A stretch of DNA of 41,263 nt from Actinomycetota bacterium. Its GTDB lineage: Bacteria > Actinomycetota > Geothermincolia > Fen-727 > Anoxymicrobiaceae. Position 1 is the stretch's first letter. Each line of letters starts with the position of its first letter. The stretch covers positions 1-41,263 of the forward strand of contig JAENXM010000001.1 of assembly GCA_016649525.1 (NCBI GenBank), in the 5' to 3' direction. Position numbers and translations under genes: made by a program. A model generated the notes under the pieces. The model searched no databases and had not been told where the DNA came from. It was given only the letters and a program-made list of their open reading frames with translations. Positions 9,859-17,636 of the stretch are shown in pieces.

Positions 9859-10949
9859 TGGAGGGCGAAATGGATTACGCCGAGGTCAACCTGGACGACG
9901 TCGAGGGAGTTGCGACAATCGATACCGCGGGGATGCTTGGCGCTCTAGAGAGGTTTCCACAGCAGGTGCGAGAGGCTATCGAGATAGGCCGTGCGCCCGC
10001 TGAACTCCCGGATGCGGCAGACCTGAGGGCTGTGGTTGTCCTGGGCATGGGTGGCTCGGGCATATCGGGTGATGTGGTCGGCTCACTTGCCGCCGACAGC
10101 CTGGGTGTTCCGATGTCTACCGTCAAAGGCTACAGGCTTCCAGGGTTCGTCGATGAGAATACACTGGTCTTCGCCGTCAGCTACTCCGGCAATACCGAGG
10201 AGACGCTTGGCTGTGTAGAGGAGGCGCTCGGGCGAGGCGCCACTGTCGTGGCGGTGACAAGCGGCGGAAGGCTCGCGGAGATCGCGGGTGAGCGCGACCT
10301 GCCGCTCTTCCAGGTGCCGGGGGGACTTCAGCCACGCGCGGCGCTGGGCTACCTGTTCGTACCCGTTCTATCCGCACTGGAGCGCATCGGGCTCGTCCAC
10401 GGTCTTTTAGAAGAGTTGGGCGCCGCCTGCGAGATGCTTGACGAAAGAGTCCAGGAATACGGCGTGGTGACGCCGCTCGACGACAACCCGGCGAAAAGAC
10501 TCGCCAGGGACCTCGTAGGCTTCCTGCCCGTCATTTACGGGTCGGAGGGTCCCCTGGCGGTGGCCGCGCTGCGCTGGAAGGCCCAGTTCAACGAGAACAG
10601 CAAGGTACCCGCTTTCTACAACTGGTTTCCCGAGCTCAACCACAACGAGACGGTCGGCTGGAACCACCTCGAGGATATCGGCTCGCGGTGCCATCTCATC
10701 GTGCTCCGGGAGCAGGATGAGCGCCCCAGGGTCGCCAGGAGGATCGAGATAACCCTTGACCTCATAAAGGACGACGTGGGTCACATCACCCACGTGTTCG
10801 CGAGGGGCTCGAGCCGGGTTGAGCGGCTCCTGGACCTCGTGTGTTTCGGAGACCACACATCCGTCTTCCTTGCGCTCGCCCTCGGGCAGGACCCCACGCC
10901 TGTCACGCGCATCGAGGAGTTCAAGAGGCGTCTGGCAGAACAATCCTGA
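9858..10949 (+). CDS. SIS-domain bifunctional phosphoglucose/phosphomannose isomerase family protein
   Basis: The real start is the ATG at 9858, overlapping the pmm stop (ATGA). The 157 aa that the ORF track adds upstream are Arg-rich off-frame read-through of pmm. GMGGSGISGD and SYSGNTEE motifs. Confidence 0.8.
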   Translation: MEGEMDYAEVNLDDVEGVATIDTAGMLGALERFPQQVREAIEIGRAPAELPDAADLRAVVVLGMGGSGISGDVVGSLAADSLGVPMSTVKGYRLPGFVDENTLVFAVSYSGNTEETLGCVEEALGRGATVVAVTSGGRLAEIAGERDLPLFQVPGGLQPRAALGYLFVPVLSALERIGLVHGLLEELGAACEMLDERVQEYGVVTPLDDNPAKRLARDLVGFLPVIYGSEGPLAVAALRWKAQFNENSKVPAFYNWFPELNHNETVGWNHLEDIGSRCHLIVLREQDERPRVARRIEITLDLIKDDVGHITHVFARGSSRVERLLDLVCFGDHTSVFLALALGQDPTPVTRIEEFKRRLAEQS

Positions 10950-10952
10950 TGC

Positions 10953-10984
10953 AACACCGGTGCCAGGCACCGGTGTTATGTTAC
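10953..10984 (+). terminator. intrinsic terminator candidate ending the glycan operon
   Basis: AACACCGGTGCC (10953-10964) pairs with GGCACCGGTGTT (10966-10977); ATGTTACTCT follows. Confidence 0.5.
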
Positions 10985-11061
10985 TCTAGTAAGCCGGGTC
11001 CCGGGGCTTGCGGGACCTGATTGAGAAGGCGCGCGAATTACGGGAAAGGAGAACGCGTCAA

Positions 11062-12318
11062 ATGGATTACGACATCAAGGACCCTTCCCTTGCGGCGGAG
11101 GGGAAGTCCCGCATCGAGTGGGCGGGCGAACAGATGAAGGTGCTCGGGACAATAAGTGAGCGCTTCGCCAGGGAGAAACCGCTTTCGGGAGTGAGGATAG
11201 GCGCATGCCTTCACGTCACCTGCGAGACCGCGAACCTCATGCTCACGCTCAAGGCAGGGGGAGCCGAGCCTTTCCTGTGTGCCTCCAACCCGTTGTCCAC
11301 CCAGGACGACGTGGCCGCTTCGCTCGTTGAGGATTACGGGGTAAGCGTGTCCGCCATAAAGAGGGAGGACAACGAGACCTACTACAGGCACATAAGGAGC
11401 GTGCTCGGCAAGGACCCGCACATCACCATGGACGACGGGGCCGACCTTGTCACTACCATTCACACCGAGCTCAAGGAGCAGGCGGGTGGGGTGATCGCCG
11501 GTACCGAGGAGACGACCACGGGTGTCATCAGGCTGAGGAGCATGGAGGAGAACGGCGTGTTGCTCTTCCCGGTCGTCGCGGTCAACGACGCGAGAACCAA
11601 GCACCTCTTCGACAACCGGTACGGGACCGGTCAATCCACGATTGACGGGATAATCAGGGCCACGAACCTCCTGCTTGCCGGGAAGGTCCTCGTGATCTTC
11701 GGTTACGGCTGGTGCGGGAGGGGGGTGGCCATGCGTGGTAGGGGCCTCGGCTCGAACGTGATCGTCGTGGAGGTCGATCCACTGAGGGCCCTGGAGGCCG
11801 TGATGGAGGGATTCAGGGTGACGACTTCAATCGAGGCGGCTCGGGAGGGCGATATCTTCATCACCACGACCGGTGACATACATGCCCTTCGACCCGAGCA
11901 CTTTCGCGTGATGAAGGACGGCGCGGTAATGGCGAACTCCGGGCACTTTGATGTCGAGATAGACATCCCGGCGCTCGAGGGGATGTCGACCGGCAAACGA
12001 AAGGTCAGGGAGCACATCGAGGAGTTCACGATGGAAGACGGCCGCCGGCTGCACCTCCTCGCGGAGGGAAGGCTCGTCAACCTGGCCGCGGCGGAGGGGC
12101 ACCCCGCGAGCGTAATGGACATGAGCTTCGCGAACCAGGCGCTCGTCGCGGAGCACGTCTTCACCCATGCGTCTGAGCTCGAGAAGAAGGTCTACGATGT
12201 TCCCCTCCACATAGACGAGGAGATCGCGCGGCTGAAGCTCGAGACAATGGTTATCGAGATAGACAGCCTTACGCCCGAGCAAGAGCAGTACTTGAAGAGC
12301 TGGACCATCGGGACCTGA
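11062..12318 (+). CDS. ahcY: adenosylhomocysteinase
   Basis: [21 protein letters not shown]-terminus and the [11 protein letters not shown] motif. I chose the ATG at 11062 because GGAAAGGAG lies upstream; the track starts at 11008. Confidence 0.9.
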   Translation: MDYDIKDPSLAAEGKSRIEWAGEQMKVLGTISERFAREKPLSGVRIGACLHVTCETANLMLTLKAGGAEPFLCASNPLSTQDDVAASLVEDYGVSVSAIKREDNETYYRHIRSVLGKDPHITMDDGADLVTTIHTELKEQAGGVIAGTEETTTGVIRLRSMEENGVLLFPVVAVNDARTKHLFDNRYGTGQSTIDGIIRATNLLLAGKVLVIFGYGWCGRGVAMRGRGLGSNVIVVEVDPLRALEAVMEGFRVTTSIEAAREGDIFITTTGDIHALRPEHFRVMKDGAVMANSGHFDVEIDIPALEGMSTGKRKVREHIEEFTMEDGRRLHLLAEGRLVNLAAAEGHPASVMDMSFANQALVAEHVFTHASELEKKVYDVPLHIDEEIARLKLETMVIEIDSLTPEQEQYLKSWTIGT

Positions 12319-12348
12319 TCCGGCAAGGATGATGGAGCGGGGAAAGAG

Positions 12349-13410
12349 ATGCCCGGAGAATCATCGTTCGCCCCTGAACCGGGGGATTCCGTTTTTTTCG
12401 AAGCCGACTCCCTGTGCTTGATAGACCAGACCGCCCTGCCGACTGAGACGGTTGTCCTGCACCTCAAGACTCCGGAGGAGACCGCCTGCGCGATCCGCCG
12501 CCTCGCGGTGAGGGGAGCGATGGCGATCGCGGTCGCGGGGGCCTACGGCGTCCTGCTCGGGGCGCTCGCGGAGGCCGGCGGCGATGCCGCTTCGATGAAG
12601 AACGCGGCGCGCGACTCCATCCGGGTGATCGGCGCTTCACGTCCCACGGCGAGGAACCTCTTCTGGGCGTTGGAGAGGATGGGGGACGCACTGGAGGAAG
12701 GCGACGACGATCCGTCTCTGCTCCTGGAGAGGCTTCGCGAGCGAGCAGATGAGATTGCCTTGGAGACCATCGAGAAGAACAGGCTGCTTGTGGGAGCCGG
12801 CCAGGAGGTTGTCAGTGAGAAGGCGAGCGTACTCACGCACTGCAACTCGGGCGCCCTGGCGGCGCTCCGCTACGGGAGCGCACTGGGCGTCATCATCGAG
12901 GCCCACAGGAAGGGTAAAGATGTCCATGTATACGTGGACGAGACCCGCCCGCTGCTCCAGGGTTCGAGGCTGACCGCCTGGGAACTGGACAGGGAGGGGG
13001 TCCCTTTCACTCTTATCCCCGACAACGCGGCGGGGTTCGTCATGAAGCAGGGGCTGGTCGACCTGGTGATCACCGGCGCCGACCGCATAGCATCAAACGG
13101 CGACACCGCGAACAAGATCGGCACTTACTCGCTCGCCGTGCTTTCCCGGGCGCACGGCATCCCCTTTTACATAGCCGCTCCGGGCTCGACGGTCGATTGG
13201 GATGCTGCGGGTGCAGCCGACATAGTCATCGAGGAGCGCGGCCCCGAGGAGCTCATCACCTGCGGGGATAAGGTCGTCGCGCCGGAAGGAACCAGCGTCT
13301 ACAATCCCGCGTTCGACATCACCACGGCGGATTACATCGAAGGGATAATCACCGAGAAAGGGGTCCTGCGCCGGCCCTACGGCGAGAGCCTCAAGGCACT
13401 TCTGGAATAA
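12349..13410 (+). CDS. mtnA: S-methyl-5-thioribose-1-phosphate isomerase (eIF-2B family)
   Basis: THCNSGALA, VDETRPLLQG and GADRIASNGDTANKIGTY motifs. Confidence 0.85.
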   Translation: MPGESSFAPEPGDSVFFEADSLCLIDQTALPTETVVLHLKTPEETACAIRRLAVRGAMAIAVAGAYGVLLGALAEAGGDAASMKNAARDSIRVIGASRPTARNLFWALERMGDALEEGDDDPSLLLERLRERADEIALETIEKNRLLVGAGQEVVSEKASVLTHCNSGALAALRYGSALGVIIEAHRKGKDVHVYVDETRPLLQGSRLTAWELDREGVPFTLIPDNAAGFVMKQGLVDLVITGADRIASNGDTANKIGTYSLAVLSRAHGIPFYIAAPGSTVDWDAAGAADIVIEERGPEELITCGDKVVAPEGTSVYNPAFDITTADYIEGIITEKGVLRRPYGESLKALLE

Positions 13411-13517
13411 ATAGCAGAGCAAGCTCTGGAGTGTACGGCTCCGGGATGTTAGAATAACCAACGAGGACTTTCCGATCCTCTCCCATCTCTCCAATCGGTA
13501 AAAGGAGTCATCGACGG

Positions 13518-14210
13518 ATGGTCTCTTCTTATGCATATGAGCAGGTCCTCGACCTGGTGTTTCCGACGGTCTGCCTCGGCTGTGGCAAAGCTGGCGGGCG
13601 AATCCTCTGCGAGGGTTGCCTCGCGCGAATCGCCTCCTCGTGCAATCAAGTGGAGCTGGATTCACATAGGGGTTATCCGGAGCATTGCCCTCGACTGAAT
13701 GGATTCCGCGCTGCGGGGCCATATCTCGGTGTTATCAGGGAACTCGTTCTGAGTCTCAAGTCGCACGGGAGGCCGTTCGCGTTCCCGCTGGCGCGCCTCA
13801 TGGTCGCCGCGGCGGGCAACGACCCCGACTACGTAGCTCCAAAGGCGATCTACTACGTTCCCTCCGAGAGGAGCAAAATTAAAGAGCGCGGGCACAACCC
13901 GGCCGAGGTCCTCGCCTGCGCCGTCTCGACACTCCTCGGGAGGCCCCTCAGCCACAGTCTTGAGAAGATAAAGGCGACAGAGGACCAGGACCGGCTGCCC
14001 GCGGTCCTCAGGTGGGGCAATGTCTCGGGCGCCTTCAGGTGCATGCCCGGGTTCAAAGCGCGTGGCTCAGTACTCCTGATAGACGACGTTCTCACCACGG
14101 GGACGACCGCACGGGCCTGCGGAGGAGCACTGCTCGATGCCGGCGCCGACGCTGTTCATGCGCTGGTCGCGGCACGGGCCGTCCTGCGCCGAGGGTACGC
14201 GGCAACTTAA
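13518..14210 (+). CDS. comFC: ComF family phosphoribosyltransferase-domain protein
   Basis: N-terminal CLGCG...CEGC zinc finger and the C-terminal LLIDDVLTTGTT PRT motif. Confidence 0.85.
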   Translation: MVSSYAYEQVLDLVFPTVCLGCGKAGGRILCEGCLARIASSCNQVELDSHRGYPEHCPRLNGFRAAGPYLGVIRELVLSLKSHGRPFAFPLARLMVAAAGNDPDYVAPKAIYYVPSERSKIKERGHNPAEVLACAVSTLLGRPLSHSLEKIKATEDQDRLPAVLRWGNVSGAFRCMPGFKARGSVLLIDDVLTTGTTARACGGALLDAGADAVHALVAARAVLRRGYAAT

Positions 14211-14239
14211 TCCCCCAAACGGGCGTTTTATGATGTCGA

Positions 14240-14268
14240 TTGTAGGGGATAAATGGACCTGCTAAAAT
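14240..14268 (+). promoter_or_regulatory. sigma-70-like promoter candidate upstream of flgM
   Basis: TTGTAG (14240-14245), a 17-nt spacer, then TAAAAT (14263-14268). Confidence 0.3.
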
Positions 14269-14377
14269 GGCCCATAAGCATAGTTCAGATTCTCGTTAGG
14301 TCTGACGATACATATTATGATAAGATTTAATGCGGGGTTCAGACCTAGTTCAGAAGCCGTGGCAAGGTGAGTGCGAG

Positions 14378-14644
14378 ATGCAGCTATCAGACCGAGAAAT
14401 ACAGAACACACTTGACTTGCTCAAGAAACAGAGGTCTGCCGGCGAGGCTGATGTCACATCCTTGAGCGCCGAAGAGATCGAGGGGATTCACGGTGTCGTC
14501 GAGCAGATTGGCGATATGCCCGAGGTCCGGAAGGACAGGGTAGAGAAGATCAAGAGGGCGATCGAGTCCTCGAGCTACAACGTGACCGGCGATGACGTTG
14601 CCAAGAAGCTCATAGGGCGCATTCTCTCGGATAAGATACGTTAG
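14378..14644 (+). CDS. flgM: anti-sigma-28 factor FlgM
   Basis: The C-terminal VRKDRVEKIKRAIESSSYNVTGDDVAKKLI matches the FlgM sigma-28-binding domain. I chose the ATG at 14378 after AAGGTGAG; the track starts at 14330. Confidence 0.7.
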   Translation: MQLSDREIQNTLDLLKKQRSAGEADVTSLSAEEIEGIHGVVEQIGDMPEVRKDRVEKIKRAIESSSYNVTGDDVAKKLIGRILSDKIR

Positions 14645-14704
14645 GCCGCTTTTGGTTATCCATCATCACTCGATAGACCACGTGATTCGTATTATCATTG
14701 CTTT

Positions 14705-14916
14705 GGGATAAGGTCCCGGTCTGTGGTTGAAAGTCGATGCCAGTCGCAGGCGAAACGACCCACGTAAGGCAACAATTGGTTGCTGAGCATGGTGCGACTT
14801 AGGGGTAAGCCCTGCCTCCTTTAAAGGAGAGAAGGGGGAGTGGGCAGGCGCTTCAGTCATGCTTGCAAACCCTCAGCAGGCGAGTGTGGGGTCAAAGACC
14901 AGGTCAGCGGGACCCT
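14705..14916 (+). ncRNA. candidate structured ncRNA (raiA-motif-like; family not verified)
   Basis: It lies in a 423-nt gap with no credible ORF. Nested helices: 14712-14718/14908-14914, 14723-14726/14760-14763, 14781-14787/14872-14878, 14788-14792/14857-14861, 14811-14816/14843-14848 and 14817-14820/14825-14828. It sits between comFC and hpf. Confidence 0.4.
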
Positions 14917-14926
14917 TTCCCATTTT

Positions 14927-15002
14927 GGGTCGGGACTTGATTATTGCGTAGATAACGACAAGTGACGCAATCCAATATAACGCAAGAATCAAGACCTGAC
15001 CC
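14927..15002. repeat. palindromic repeat element, copy 1 (23-nt arms, 30-nt loop)
   Basis: GGGTCGGGACTTGATTATTGCGT (14927-14949) faces ACGCAAGAATCAAGACCTGACCC (14980-15002). The pairing has 20 Watson-Crick pairs, 1 G-T wobble and 2 mismatches. The right arm is identical to copy 2. Confidence 0.8.
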
Positions 15003-15067
15003 ATTGCTGGACACTCATTTAACCGTGTGGTACCCTACCGGATAGTCTACTTAACTGGGGGCTGGTT

Positions 15068-15271
15068 TTGGAAACAGGTGTAGTGAAGTGGTTTAACCCC
15101 GAGAAGGGGTTCGGTTTCATAGAGCGCGAGAACGGAGACGATGTGTTCGTGCACTTCTCCGACATCACCGCGGAGGGCTACCGGACCCTTAACGAAGGCG
15201 AACCGGTGCAGTTCGACGTGGTAGAGGGAGACAGAGGTCCCAAAGCGACCAATGTCCAAAGGCAGACCTGA
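15068..15271 (+). CDS. cspA: cold-shock protein (CspA family)
   Basis: [15 protein letters not shown] (RNP1) and DVFVHFS (RNP2) motifs; 67 aa; TTG start. Confidence 0.9.
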   Translation: METGVVKWFNPEKGFGFIERENGDDVFVHFSDITAEGYRTLNEGEPVQFDVVEGDRGPKATNVQRQT

Positions 15272-15293
15272 GCGCGAAGAAAGCTAGAGCATG

Positions 15294-15342
15294 CAACCCC
15301 ATTTGCCTGCAGGGCGTAAGATGGGGTTGTAATTTTTTTTCT
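15294..15342 (+). terminator. intrinsic terminator after csp
   Basis: CAACCCCAT (15294-15302) pairs with ATGGGGTTG (15321-15329), followed by a T8 run at 15333-15340. Confidence 0.75.
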
Positions 15343-15395
15343 TCCCCGGGAACGCGATCGAACTGTCGTTCTGAACTAAATAGGAGGAAGGTCTG

Positions 15396-15938
15396 TTGCA
15401 GGTCATAGTCAAGGGCAAGAACATCGAGGTTACCGATGCGCTGCGCACTCACGCGGAACAGAAGGTGGCCAAGATAGGGAAGCTCGGGCTCGACTTCAAG
15501 GAGATAGAGGTCAAGCTCGTCGTTGAGAAAAACCCGAGTATAAAGGACAATCAGATAGCGGAGCTTACCCTGGTGGGGGGAGGGCCCCTGCTGCGGGCGA
15601 CCGACCGGGACCGTGACATGTACGTCGCGATTGACAAGGCGGTGTCAAAGCTCCTCAGAAGGACCAAGAAGTTCCACGGGAAGCAGATAGACAGGACCCA
15701 GGCCCAGGAGAGCGCCCTCAGGGTGCCGTCGCCTGAGGAGCCCCCGGAAGAGGAAAGCCAGTCCATAGTCAAGAAGAAGAGGATATCATTGAAGCCGATG
15801 ACGCCCGAGGAAGCGGTCCTCCAGATGGAGATGCTGGGTCATGATTTCTTCGTGTTCACGGACTCGGAGACGGACCAGGCTACGGTGGTCTACAAGCGCA
15901 ACGATGGGAACTTCGGACTTATAGACACTTCCGGGTAG
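15396..15938 (+). CDS. hpf: ribosome hibernation-promoting factor, long form (RaiA/HPF family)
   Basis: An S30AE N-terminal domain (VKGKNIEVTDALR...) and a C-terminal dimerisation domain (MTPEEAVLQMEMLGHDFFVF). AGGAGG lies 8 nt before the TTG start. Confidence 0.9.
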   Translation: MQVIVKGKNIEVTDALRTHAEQKVAKIGKLGLDFKEIEVKLVVEKNPSIKDNQIAELTLVGGGPLLRATDRDRDMYVAIDKAVSKLLRRTKKFHGKQIDRTQAQESALRVPSPEEPPEEESQSIVKKKRISLKPMTPEEAVLQMEMLGHDFFVFTDSETDQATVVYKRNDGNFGLIDTSG

Positions 15939-16031
15939 GAGATTCGAGGCCATGGCGAACTTGATAATAATCGTCAGGAAAAGCTTGAGATACCTCGCAG
16001 AGGTATTCCTGGTTGGAGGTGCGGGGGTGCG

Positions 16032-17636
16032 ATGGTAAAGGGCTCACGTCTCGAGCTTGACGAGTCCCTCTTCGATGGTGATGAGAAGAAGTCTCTGCTC
16101 GGAAGGGGCAGGATCGACAATACCATTGCCGTCGTCGCGGTCCTTGCGCTGGTCCTTGTCGTTCTTTTGGCCATCACCGCTAAGAACGAGAACTGGTGGG
16201 CTGTTTTTCTCATCGGGCTCCTGTTCTTCGCGTCCGAGTTCTTCGCTCTGCCCATGAAGTCGGGAGGGCGCCTTTCGCTTGCCATGCTGCCGCTTGTCAT
16301 AGCGATGATGGTATCGGGTCCCCTGGGCACCGCGGTCGTCCCTCTATTCGCCATTCCGGTGTTCTTCATGGAGCAGGGCGAGTGGGGCGTAAGGCGGATC
16401 GTTTTCAACGCCTGCCAGTATCTGGTCGCTGCGGGCGCCGCGGGCTGGATATTCATGCACACGGGCGGAAAGCTGTTGATCCCCGATGTGTCGAACGGCG
16501 GCAAGCTTCTCCTGCCGTGGATTCTCGCGACCCTTGTCTTCTTCCTGCTGAACACGGTATTCGCCGCGCTGGTGCTTACCCCGGAGGATGACAGGTTGCT
16601 TCGCTTCTGGCGACTCAGGCTTCTGCCCAGGTTCCCCGGCTACGTGCTCTACTCGGGTATCGGTTTCCTCGCGGCGATACTATACGTCAGGCTCGAGTTC
16701 CCGGGCGTGGTTCTCCTGTTCGCGCCCCTGTTAGGGATCAGGGTCGTGTATACACGGTACGCGAAGATGCGCGACGTTTGTGACGATACGACGCTGTCCA
16801 TCATGGAGGCCGTGGAGGGTGGCGGGATGTTCAGCGAAGGACACAGCCTGGGGGTAGCAGATATTGTGGAGGCGATATCCGAGGAGATGAATTTCCAGGA
16901 AGAGGACATCCACTATCTACGCCAGGCGGCGCTGCTCCACGATGTCGGCAAGCTTGCCCTTGATCCCGCGCTAATCGACAAGCCCGGCGTGCTCACGACC
17001 GAGGAATTCGACGAGATAAAGAAGCACCCGCTCATAAGCGCGGAGATAGTCTCTAAAGAGGATTCGTTTGCGCCGGTCGCGCCGTCGGTCACGCATCACC
17101 ACGAGTCGGTGGACGGAAGCGGGTACGTCGACGGCCTCTCGGGTGATACCATCCCGCTGGGTGCGCGTATCCTGGCGGTAGCGGACGCCTTTGACGCGAT
17201 GCAGCGCGCTACATCTTACAGGGAGCCGATAGAACCGTACCTCGCCGCATCCGAGATCATAAGGGGAAAGGGAATACAGTACGACCCGGAAGTGGTGGAC
17301 GCCTTCATCAAAGTTGCGAAGAGGCGCGGCATCTGGGCAGGATCGCGCAAGGAAATACTGAGTGTGTCCGGGGCGGAAGCCGAGGGCGAGCCGCGCCTGA
17401 TTCCCGAAGTGGACCAGCAGAGTCTCGATGAGGCGGCTACCCGGGAGGCGGGAGCCGCTGCTCCGTCTGCGGAGGGGACAGTGTACGGGGAGATGAAAGG
17501 CGAGATAGAGCAGGATATAAGGGAATGGAAGAAGGCTGAAGGTGGAAGAGGACGAAGGGGCCGAACAGAGCAAAAAAGAAGAACGCCGTCTCTCTGGAAG
17601 AAGAAGGCCAAGGAAGACGAGGGGCCGCAGGACTAG
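16032..17636 (+). CDS. multi-pass membrane HD-GYP domain protein (probable c-di-GMP phosphodiesterase) with a charged low-complexity tail
   Basis: About 230 aa of hydrophobic segments come first, followed by the LLHDVGKLAL and HHESVDGSGYVDG (GYP replaced by GYV) motifs. The last ~110 aa are rich in Lys, Arg and Glu. Confidence 0.8.
   Translation: MVKGSRLELDESLFDGDEKKSLLGRGRIDNTIAVVAVLALVLVVLLAITAKNENWWAVFLIGLLFFASEFFALPMKSGGRLSLAMLPLVIAMMVSGPLGTAVVPLFAIPVFFMEQGEWGVRRIVFNACQYLVAAGAAGWIFMHTGGKLLIPDVSNGGKLLLPWILATLVFFLLNTVFAALVLTPEDDRLLRFWRLRLLPRFPGYVLYSGIGFLAAILYVRLEFPGVVLLFAPLLGIRVVYTRYAKMRDVCDDTTLSIMEAVEGGGMFSEGHSLGVADIVEAISEEMNFQEEDIHYLRQAALLHDVGKLALDPALIDKPGVLTTEEFDEIKKHPLISAEIVSKEDSFAPVAPSVTHHHESVDGSGYVDGLSGDTIPLGARILAVADAFDAMQRATSYREPIEPYLAASEIIRGKGIQYDPEVVDAFIKVAKRRGIWAGSRKEILSVSGAEAEGEPRLIPEVDQQSLDEAATREAGAAAPSAEGTVYGEMKGEIEQDIREWKKAEGGRGRRGRTEQKRRTPSLWKKKAKEDEGPQD

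Noticed and set aside
10985-11061. A possible SAH riboswitch in the ahcY leader, where a GGTCCCG...CGGGACC hairpin is present at about 10996-11016.
   Set aside because: I could not find the conserved SAH-element strings I remember (GAGGAGCGCUGC, CAGGCUCG, AACGGCGCUC). It is a single hairpin only. A cmsearch would settle this.
14281-14312. A sigma-28 (FliA/SigD) promoter upstream of flgM, with GACGATAC as a -10-like element.
   Set aside because: No acceptable TAAA -35 element lies at the required spacing of 15-16 nt. Only the -10 half matches, and only partially (6/8).
14666-14860. A 64-aa minus-strand ORF inside the flgM-csp gap.
   Set aside because: It has no RBS or start context and a low-complexity, Pro/Ser/His-rich translation. 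It overlaps the helices of the RNA candidate.
14832-14920. A resemblance to the yybP-ykoY (Mn2+) riboswitch: AAGGGGGAGUGG compared with AAAGGGGAGUAG, and CAAAGACC...CCCUUUCC.
   Set aside because: The 3' half does not follow the expected order, the L3 ACAUA-type motif is absent, and the downstream gene is csp rather than a metal exporter. I treat the similarity as coincidental, subsumed in the ncRNA candidate.
17572-17577. An A6 run as a frameshift that would fuse the two HD-domain membrane genes into one protein.
   Set aside because: Each ORF already has a complete membrane-plus-HD architecture, so a fusion is not needed to explain them. This cannot be excluded without read-level data; see the corresponding finding.
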